Assembly (NCBI RefSeq): GCF_001194135.2
Contig: NC_068986.1
Span: 83,908,129 to 83,941,899 of the forward strand
Direction of reading: 5' to 3'
DNA from: Octopus bimaculoides
Lineage: Eukaryota
DNA length: 33,771 bases
Shown: positions 24,770 through 33,771 of the stretch, piece by piece
How the letters are laid out: each line of letters opens with the position of its first letter
How positions within the stretch are numbered: position 1 is the stretch's first letter
Translations under genes and position numbers: made by a program
Notes under the pieces: model-generated
The model's input: the letters and a program-made list of their open reading frames with translations, nothing else
The model's database searches: none
What the model was told of the DNA's origin: nothing

Positions 24770-25012
24770 ACCCAGAAGCTCCTAGGTTTGATCCCACTGC
24801 ATACCATCTTGAGCAAATGTGATTTTCTGTGGCCTCAAGTCAACCTGTACATTGTAAGTGAAATTATGTAGATGGAAACTGTATAGAAGCACATCGGGCA
24901 AAGAGTACCTCCAATTCAAAAGGTACTCCTTGTCATGTGCTGTATCACACTGATTCTGCTTGAGAATTACATTAAGGATGAACATGTCTTTGAAATGTTC
25001 AGCCATTTAGAC
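24770..25012 (+). mobile_element. Degenerate SINE with the same head as 23479 and a different 3' body
   Basis: GGTTTGATCCCACTGCATACCATCTTGAGCAAATG...GTAGATGGAAACTGTATAGAAGC aligns with 23532-23638, then diverges. Confidence 0.7.
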
Positions 25013-25383
25013 GTCAATTCAGGAGAAGGTAGTTTTAGTTAACTGTAAAACTGAATTTCATCATTGAATGACAGAGATCCATCGCTACTATCACTTATCA
25101 TACAAACCTGAGGTAGAACTTTGTGTTTGTACTTTACCCAGTGAACCAGACTTGCTTATTGGCATAAAAACAGTGACAGAAGCAAGATATGTGTTTATGA
25201 CTATGTGGTCAAACGTCCAGTATCTTAATCTCATAGCTATTGTGTCATATGTTATCTCCATGTCATAACTGTTCTGTCAGCTTTCTTTGTAATGTTACAA
25301 TTGCTCTGATTTTTTGTGCCTTAATTTGTAGTTCATTTTGTGTCTTTATTCAAATTCAAATTTTCTTTTTTCTTCATTTCTAG

Positions 25384-25560
25384 CTTTGACTGGTACATCT
25401 GGACCACAAATCATCATTGTTGGTAATCCACGCCCTGTTTCTGGGCGAAATAATGTCTTCAGTTTAGGAGGAAATTCTCAGCAACCAGCACCAAGTATTT
25501 TCATCATCCCATCATTATCAGCCAATAATGTTAGTGCTGTCTCTCAACAAGACAGTGATG
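25384..25560 (+). CDS. Internal exon (SLTGTSGPQIIIVGNPRPVSGRNNVFSLGGNSQQPAPSIFIIPSLSANNVSAVSQQDSD)
   Basis: Strong acceptor TTTTCTTTTTTCTTCATTTCTAG and donor G|GTGAGT, 177 nt, phase 1-1, open frame. Confidence 0.85.
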
Positions 25561-26080
25561 GTGAGTATAATTTTTTCCTGGTTATTTAATCTCTTAGCTC
25601 TTCTTTATCTTCAGTAATGTCAACATATTTCCAAAGCTGTCACTGAATTCAAGGTAATCAAAAACAAATCTTTCAGTGACCAACTTCATAGAGTCTTAGA
25701 CAGTTGGCCTGAAGTTTGGTAATTATTATTGTAACCACTATTTTGTTGTTTGTATCTTTGACCAAAGCAATTTTCAATAATCTATGTCATCACCGCAGTA
25801 CAACTTTTTAAAAATTTATTTTAGGATACAGCAAGTTTTTAAATATATTTTCAACAGCAGTTATGATTACCTTGACTAAACATTTTTTTATGCACCTAAG
25901 AAGTTGTAGTGCACCTGAGCACTATACACAATAATTTCATTATTATTATTATTATACTAAAGAAAAATTAGTGTATAATATACACATAAGATATTTTTAC
26001 TTTTGGGATCTTTTAGCCCATAATTAGTAGTGCATATTATATACAAGTATGTATTATACTCATATAAATAGGATAGATGG

Positions 26081-26114
26081 ATCACTTCTTGGCCTTTTGG
26101 CTAAGATCAAAGTG
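26081..26114 (+). pseudogene. U2: 3'-truncated U2 snRNA fragment (about nt 1-34)
   Basis: ATCACTTCTTGGCCTTTTGGCTAAGATCAAAGTG versus U2 ATCGCTTCTCGGCCTTTTGGCTAAGATCAA(A)GTG. The only two substitutions are CpG-decay transitions. Confidence 0.88.
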
Positions 26115-26300
26115 CTACGAGAGCTTGAAGTAAATGAAACTTATTGGGAGAGGGAGACTGAGGAACATTTTGGACAAATTAATGAAGACAGATCAGAAAC
26201 TGTTATAACTCACAACGGAAATGACAAAGACCACATTGACTGGTGGTATGGTGTGTGGGAGAAGACCCACTTGCTCACTCAGGCATGGCAAAACAGATAT
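26109..26300 (+). mobile_element. Probable 5'-truncated RTE/BovB-like LINE 3' end fused to the U2 fragment
   Basis: Translation KVLRELEVNETY...EHFGQI.., then in a shifted frame MTKTTLTGGMVCGRRP, loosely matches the RTE C-terminal pattern EVLR....FGHI.R...EK....G.V.GKR.RG. A (TG)n run follows. Confidence 0.45.
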
Positions 26301-26320
26301 TATAATTTATGTTAGCTATA

Positions 26321-26360
<40 letters not shown>

Positions 26361-26678
26361 CACACATGCATATGTCACTTGGCATATGTGTGTAACTGTA
26401 TCTATAAGCATACTTGTCTGCCACAATCAAGCCTACATCAATAGCCTGTCATCCCTCATATCATTCACTCCTCCCATCACACATGTCCCTTTCATCCATG
26501 ACTTTTGCTCTTGCTTCCTTCCCTCATACTTCTGTTAGTTATTTCTCAATCACTTTCTCTTCTTAGCAGCTGCATTCTATTATACTGTGAGTATAACTAA
26601 GGATTGCAGTGATATCTTCTCTTCTTTATGCCATGTAGTTAGAAATCAAATTTTTTAATCACACAATCATGGCTGTGC

Positions 26679-26723
<45 letters not shown>

Positions 26724-26727
26724 TGTA

Positions 26728-26885
26728 GCACAGGCATGGCTATATAGTTAAGAAGTCCCCTTTGGAACATATGGTTTAGGGTTTGCTACCATTATGTGGC
26801 AGTGTGTAGATCTCTACTATGGCCTCATGCTGACCAATGCTTTGTGAGTGAACTGGTAGAGGGAAAACTGTAAGAAGCCTATTAT
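26728..26885 (+). mobile_element. Degenerate SINE head
   Basis: CACAGGCATGGCTATATAGTTAAGAAG...CTTTGTGAGTGAACTGGTAGAGGGAAAACTGTAAGAAGCC aligns with 23479-23638. Confidence 0.75.
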
Positions 26886-26904
26886 GTGTGTATATGTGCA
26901 TATC

Positions 26905-27258
26905 AGTCTCATCATCAGCTTAATGTCTACTTTCCATGCTTGTCTGAATCAGACAAGATTCATTGAAGCAGAAATTTTGCAGCAAGATGCTCTAACTGTC
27001 ACCAACCACTATCTGTTTCCAAGCAAAGTAATAGTTCCCATTGTCATCCAGACATGAGCAGCACAATGGCTGGACAGACTTCCTTGGAAGGTTGCAAATG
27101 AGCAACAACACTTGTGAAAATGACGTTTGTTTACAAGTAGTGCATGATATCTAGACAAAGAGAAACAAACATACATGCATACACACACACACTCACACTT
27201 ATATATATATTCAAAGGACTTCTTTCAGTTTCCATCTACCAAGTCCACTCACAAAACT
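26905..27258 (-). mobile_element. SINE (5'-truncated head, body and RTE-type tail)
   Basis: Collinear with 15846-16180 (CATCATC..TTAATGTCTACTTTCCATGCTT ... TTCTTTCAGTTTCCATCTACC). Confidence 0.8.
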
Positions 27259-27405
27259 TTGGTCAGCCTAGTAAAAACAAAATATGGAATTACATAATAT
27301 CAACAATGATAACTAGCACTTGTCTTTAATAAATAACAGCCGATTAATTATTTACATATTTTCCTGACATTGTTTTTTTTTTTTTTTTTCTCATTATCCT
27401 TCTAG

Positions 27406-27569
27406 TGATGTCACTTCTTGAATCCTTTCTTCGAGGAAACAGTAACAACAACAATAGCAGCAACACCAACAGCAACAACAACAATACCAACAGTAACAAC
27501 AGCAACAGAAATAATGCTAACAACAGTAACAACAGCAGCAGTAACAACAACAACAATCTTCAGTCCTAG
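27406..27569 (+). CDS. Probable terminal exon (VMSLLESFLRG, Asn/Ser tract, LQS*)
   Basis: Very strong acceptor (long T-run followed by CTCATTATCCTTCTAG). Only the phase-1 frame is open, matching the preceding exon. 26 of the 40 codons in 27438-27557 are Asn. The stop TAG is at 27567-27569. Confidence 0.6.
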
Positions 27570-27984
27570 CACAAAACAGCGATGAATGCATTTTCTACAA
27601 TTTTGCAGAATGTAACGCCGACATTCTCACTGTTCTTGATTAACTCTATCTAACACTAATGTCGGTTGAGTGAGGGGCAGTTGTGCCCGAGGTGAGAGAA
27701 TGCAGTTAGGGATTTCAATTAGCCGACTTGCATCTAATCCCCCTCTATTCCCCATTAAACCAGTATTCCTTGTCCTGTAAATAATGGAACTACCATAAAT
27801 TGGTGTTTCATTTTTTAAAAAAATTTTTTCTTTTAATCCTTGTAGGTGAACCTTGATTGGGGGAAGCAATATTTGGCTGTGAGTAAAATGTTCATAAAAT
27901 TTTTAAAAAATGAAAAAAAATGCATAAAAATAAATGTAAAGACAATAACAGTGCTGTCAGCATTAACACCTCCACCAACACTAT

Positions 27985-28055
27985 TATTACTACTACCATC
28001 ACTATAACTATCAATGACATCTTCATCATTATCATCACCATCATTGTCGTCCTTG

Positions 28056-28100
<45 letters not shown>
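27985..28100. repeat. (ACT)/(CAT)n trinucleotide array
   Basis: Direct tandem repeat that gives the spurious poly-M and poly-I ORFs. Confidence 0.9.
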
Positions 28101-28286
28101 ATGTAACAGCATCTTAATCAACAGAAAATGAGTAAACAATACAGAAAATACAACATATGAAGAAAATAATATTATGGAGTATCACAAGGTGTATACATAT
28201 GTATGTGTGGTACATGTATGTGTATGCATATGAATATGTATGTGCATATATATACATGTATGTATATATGTATGTGTATATGAATA

Positions 28287-28322
<36 letters not shown>

Positions 28323-28939
28323 TATATTTGTATATTTTCAGTGATTAGTACTCTAGTTGTTCATTTACCTGCACTGCTTATTCATTGAATTGTAATTGGC
28401 TGAGTATTCCTAGACACCTGAACCCTTAACATAATCCTGATAGAATCAACAACAATGCTGAACCTTTGAATTACTTATAGAGTCCAATTTGACAGTTTTT
28501 ATCTCCCCAGTTTCACTTACAAGATGATAAAAACACATGCAAGACATCATACATAGAGATTGCACCTATGGCCTAATGATTGCCAAGCAAACTTCTTAGC
28601 CACATGGCTATGTCTGCATTCATATATATAAACAAACATTATTGTTATGGAATCCATAATGGTGGATATATGTGCTTGATCATAAGTTTAAGAAACTATT
28701 ACATTATTATACACACTAATAATCACATACCAACGAAAACCAGTATGTTGGTCCAATAGTAAGACAAATTGAGACAATTCTTAAACTCTGATTCTGAGGT
28801 TGAGTCTTAGAGCAATTCCTAAAGACCCATAGAAGGATGAGAACTCAGCAGTACAAGCTAACAAGGCATTTTCTTTTTCTGTTCTTTCGAGTCTGAGAAA
28901 GACCACTCTGAAAATTTCTTGCTGACCAAGCTGCACATA

Positions 28940-29177
28940 GGATTTGTTTATAGCGATCAAATGTTTGTGCTGTACATAAGCTCGCTCCCTCCATCAAATC
29001 AACATTGCCTGTACAAGTGCATGGTGTGTTAAACATTAGATGTTGAAGTGATTGCAGAGCAATGTGAAGTGAAGTGTTTTGCTCAAGAACACAATGGACC
29101 GCTCAGTCTGGGAACTGAAACCATTAACTTGCAATCATGAGTGAAACACCCTAAATCGCTCGGCCATGCACCCTCAC
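28940..29177 (-). mobile_element. tRNA-derived SINE of the same family as 739-998
   Basis: GCAATGTGAAGTGAAGTGTTTTGCTCAAGAACACAA aligns with 884-920. The degenerate head ends at ..CACCCTCAC. Confidence 0.75.
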
Positions 29178-29737
29178 ATTTTGTCTATTAACAAATTATT
29201 AACAGTGCTGATGCTTATAGTGATAAGTTGTTCCTAGTGTGTGGTACTTATTTGTGACTTAGTGTATTGGATTATTTTACAGTAATGTGTCTTGACCATG
29301 GATACTGCTTAGTGAAGCCAATATGTAAAATATCTGTCCTAACTTTGAGAGATTAATTTTTAATTTTTTTTTAAACTATCCACCACCACCTCCCTCAACC
29401 CTTCTTTGATAGTCACTAACAATTGCCATTAAGTGGCAAGTATCAGTCAAAGAAATTTTTGCATACAACATTCTGTACATTACCTCTTAACTTATTTACC
29501 TGTCTGTTTTATGGCTGTGTGTGTGCGTGTGTGTGTTTGTGTCCAAGCCAAAGTAGTATAGACAAAAATTGCTGTTACAGTTATATCGTTGTTGATGATG
29601 ATGATTATGATGATAACACTATGTGTTTTTGTGTATGTTGATACAATACATATGTATATGCATTGTTTATAAATATACATTTGCTTATTTACAAATGTAA
29701 TTATAAATACATATATATATTACTATATATGTTCATA

Positions 29738-29810
<73 letters not shown>

Positions 29811-31204
29811 ACATTCATGCATACTTAATTGCATGCATGTGCATTTATGCATATACACGTATGTATGTATGTGTGTGTGTGTGTGTGTATACATATATAT
29901 GTATATAATTATGTTCACATACAACATTGAAACATAGACATGTGTTACACACATTCATATATACACATAAATATAGACAAAAATAAAAATGATGGAAAAA
30001 AAAAATACACAAAAATGGTGCTAATGTATACACTGTCACCATTAGAAACACATTTTGCCTGGTTCTCATCTCATTTCTCTTATATTGTTATCTTTCTTCA
30101 TCTTCTCTTCATTCAAACCCTCCTTATGTTTTATTGTTTTAATAAACTTATTCAGTTTCATCTAAAATTCACTTTTTTTCAACATCTGATCCTTTTTTTT
30201 TTCAGCTTCTTTTCTCTTTGTATCTAAAAGCTTTTGTGAGCAATTTCAAAAGGCATGTATGTATGTGTTTATGTGTGTTTCATACTATATTGTGTACAAT
30301 CATGGATGTATGTAGAGCTTATCCGTACATACAGTTGTTTGTGTATATGCATTATTGCATGTATACAATTGTGTGTGTGTGTGTACTGCTGTATGAGTGT
30401 GTATATCTGTATGAATATGTTCAGATGCATGTATATGTATACTGCTGTGCATTGGAATTAATATAGTCACAGGTATAAAGCCTTGTGGCCGAGCTAGAAA
30501 TCAGTACAGTCATATGTGTATCGACATAGATTCATCTTTCATATTCCTTTCTATCTCTTTCTCCTTATTACACTTTCTTTCTTTTATTTTCTTTGTATGT
30601 ATGTGTCTGCAGATGTATGTGTATATTTAACTTAAAGTGTGTGCATGTATGTATAATATATGCTTGTGTGTATGTATGTATATATACATATATATGTATG
30701 TATGCATGTATGTAGGTATGTATGTATGTATGTATATTTAAGAATTTGCTTTGACTGGTCCAACTCTATTGTGCATAACTCCTGCCTATATTTTTCAAAT
30801 CAACCAATTTACATATTTGGACTACGTTTGAAACTTCATTGAGATATTTGTATCCCTTCTCCACAGGATGCTATTTGAACCAACCTGGATAAATTTCTCA
30901 AACATCATCTCATTTCACTCACCAAGTGATGCTGTTAAGTCAGCCATGTTCTCATCTGCTGCAACACAAATATATAATATATTTTTTTGTGTGTGTTTAC
31001 AAATTTATACACATTTCTGTGGAATGTAAATTTCTAAATGTGTGTGTTGGGTATGAATATCTGTATGTCTATATGCATGGCTTTATGCATAAGAATGTCT
31101 AGTACATGAGTGTATATATATTTATGTATGTAAGTTTATACATATGAAGAGATGTGTATGTGTTTAGAAACCTGCATACATGTCTCTGTACCCACAACAC
31201 ATAT

Positions 31205-31238
<34 letters not shown>

Positions 31239-31939
31239 NNNNNNNNNNNNNNNNNNNNNNNNNNNNNNNNNNNNNNNNNNNNNNNNNNNNNNNNNNNNNN
31301 NNNNNNNNNNNNNNNNNNNNNNNNNNNNNNNNNNNNNNNNNNNNNNNNNNNNNNNNNNNNNNNNNNNNNNNNNNNNNNNNNNNNNNNNNNNNNNNNNNNN
31401 NNNNNNNNNNNNNNNNNNNNNNNNNNNNNNNNNNNNNNNNNNNNNNNNNNNNNNNNNNNNNNNNNNNNNNNNNNNNNNNNNNNNNNNNNNNNNNNNNNNN
31501 NNNNNNNNNNNNNNNNNNNNNNNNNNNNNNNNNNNNNNNNNNNNNNNNNNNNNNNNNNNNNNNNNNNNNNNNNNNNNNNNNNNNNNNNNNNNNNNNNNNN
31601 NNNNNNNNNNNTCCACCTTTGATTTTTTGGTGGGGTTTTGTTTAATTGACTGATCTATAATGTATTACAAAGAAATATTACACTATTATTAACAACGAGT
31701 ACCTCGCATGTTCTTCAATTTATCCCCACACCAATTTCCACTCTCATTTTTCTTCATTGTTCAGTTTTCAAAACCGACTATTTGAAACACACATACACAC
31801 ACATACATATATAATCCTCATATATTTTTCTTTCTTCTTTATTCACTTTTTATTTTTTACTTTATTAGTATATTTTGCTAACAATCCACATGGAAATATA
31901 TATGATGGACAATCTGTAGCTATAACATAAAGCGCTCAA

Positions 31940-32460
31940 AAGACAAGTGATTGTGTTGCATCTGTTTTTACAAAATTGTCTGGAGTCAAGAGCAGTCTGC
32001 CATTGCAACTGTTGCACAAAATTGCTTACAGTCATGGACAGTCTGCCATCTGTACTACATGTGTTGTGCATAGTTGCTTGCAGTCATGGATAGTCTGTTA
32101 TTTGTATGGCATCAGTTGTACAGAATTGCATGCTGTCATGGACACTCTGCCATTTGTATTGCAGTTCTATAGTCATTGAACAGTCTGTCATTTGTTTTGC
32201 ATCTACTATTCAAAATTACTTGCAAATATTAACTCTATTATCTATATTACATCTGTTATACATGATCAGTCACCGACAACCATGATCTGTCTATCATCTG
32301 TATTGCATCTGTTGCATATGATTATCTGCATCATGCACAACCTGCAAAACAATTCATTAATTATCTCTTATCAAGACTGCTGGCCAAAATCAATTGTAGT
32401 TGTTAACTACATTTGTTGCACAGAACCAATTACAGTCCATCATCTATTGCTTAGAGTCAT
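31940..32460. repeat. Degenerate minisatellite, unit about 52 bp
   Basis: Recurring CAGTCATGGACAGTCTGCCATTTGTATTGCATCTGTTGCACA-like units, with two clear 52-nt periods at about 32039-32142. Confidence 0.75.
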
Positions 32461-32978
32461 TTAAAGTCATTAAATAACTGATATATTATTACCTTGCTCA
32501 CTTCTACAAAATCTACAATGCTCATTAAATATTTGATATCTCATTGATTTTGTCTGTTCCACAGAATCGTTGGCACTCATTAAATATCTAACGTCTAGTC
32601 AACTTCATTTGTTCTCCAGAATCTACAGCATTCATTAAATGTATGGCATATTGAATCCATTTTAAATGGTTTCCTTTGTTTTTCAACTTCCAAACCTTAA
32701 GGTGACAATGGTTACATGTCATCTGCATGCGGTAGTCTTGCCAGTCTCTTCAGTAATCCAGAGCTGCCAAATTACACAAAACTATAGAGTTAATTGCCAG
32801 TATTAGCTCACATTACACTACAAGGATAACTTTTGGGGAATATTACTACTTGGGTTGATAGTCATGTTAGCAATTTCATGACTAATAGTGCATCAGTCAA
32901 AAATGTGGCTTGACTGATCATAAGTGCCAATGTTCAGTAGCTTCCAAAAAAGGAAGAGAAAGAAATGGATTAATTTAA

Positions 32979-33178
32979 TCCTTTAGTATTCAGCTTACTC
33001 TGTCAAATGTAATACTTATTCATTCACATTATTTTGAGTTACATCATATCTTCAAGATTTTGATGATGTGATTGTGTATTTTTAGATTATTAGAATGATA
33101 TTGTAGAGTGGGTGTGAAAGGCTAGCTCTGGCTAGTTTTAACATAAAACTGGATATGGCTGGTTTAAATACTAAAGGG
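32979..33178. mobile_element. MITE, second copy of the TTAA-flanked family
   Basis: TTAA|TCCTTTAGTATT...AATACTAAAGGG|TTAT. The internal sequence aligns with 18628-18847. Confidence 0.8.
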
Positions 33179-33712
33179 TTATTAGAGCTCATTTCATTGA
33201 GCAGTGTGATGGCTAAAGTGAATGACAGTGAAAACATCTCTTACACTTGATAGTGATTTTGAGATCGGGGAGAGAGAGAGAGAGAGAGCAACACAAAATT
33301 GCCAAAAATGATAGTCCTAAAACAGATGCATTTTTCAGTATTTGGTTTGTAGCCTTTTATATTTGCCGTTGTCCTTCCTGGAGGTCAGTAGAATAATTGT
33401 AATATACTAGTGATTAGTTCAGTTAAGTGTGATCCCTTTCTCTTAATTGTGAATCCTGCCTTCTCCTAACAAATGTTAGCCTCTAATGGCTAGTAAAATA
33501 CAATATGAAATATTTATATTCAGAGAATTTGCTCATCCAGTAGCTAAAATATCATTTTGTTTTCTTTTTGAAAATTTCTCATTTTGTTTTTCTTTGAGTT
33601 TTTAACTATTTTTGTTGTTATTTTTCACATCTACGGTTGCTATTAAAACATTGTGATATTCATTTACGTATATATATGTATATATATATGTCTGTGTATA
33701 TATATATATATA

Positions 33713-33771
<59 letters not shown>

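Noticed and set aside
27578-27625. SECIS-like ATGA...GA hairpin after the stop codon
   Set aside because: The 3' GA is not positioned opposite the UGA quartet, there is no proper AAR loop, and the upstream frame has no in-frame UGA.

Overview
This is AT-rich, microsatellite-laden eukaryotic (metazoan) genomic DNA with six N-gaps (1824-2059, 3467-3992, 6972-7187, 11438-11668, 15567-15665, 31239-31611). The SINE families and repeat landscape resemble an octopus/coleoid cephalopod assembly; this is from recognition and was not searched. The main gene is a + strand, intron-rich gene for a low-complexity Q/N/S/P-rich protein with no domain I recognise. Its well-supported exons are 17628-17708, 21985-23274 (97-codon polyQ) and 25384-25560. 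A probable terminal exon with an Asn-rich tract lies at 27406-27569, and tentative 5' exons at 10689-10710 and 11263-11331. All junctions are phase 1. A possible last exon of an upstream gene is at 2571-2644. The rest is mobile-element debris: RTE-clade LINE fragments, a full-length decayed Tc1 (5252-6839), many tRNA-derived SINEs and two TTAA-flanked MITEs. Most notable: two minimal type-I hammerhead ribozyme motifs with palindromic stem III (2244-2308, 6891-6968), a 5' U2 snRNA fragment fused to a LINE-like 3' end (26081-26300), and two AG|GTGAAC...CT|GTGAGT recursive-splice-like micro-exons (9506, 27846). Most ORFs in the supplied track are artefacts of microsatellites or N-runs.
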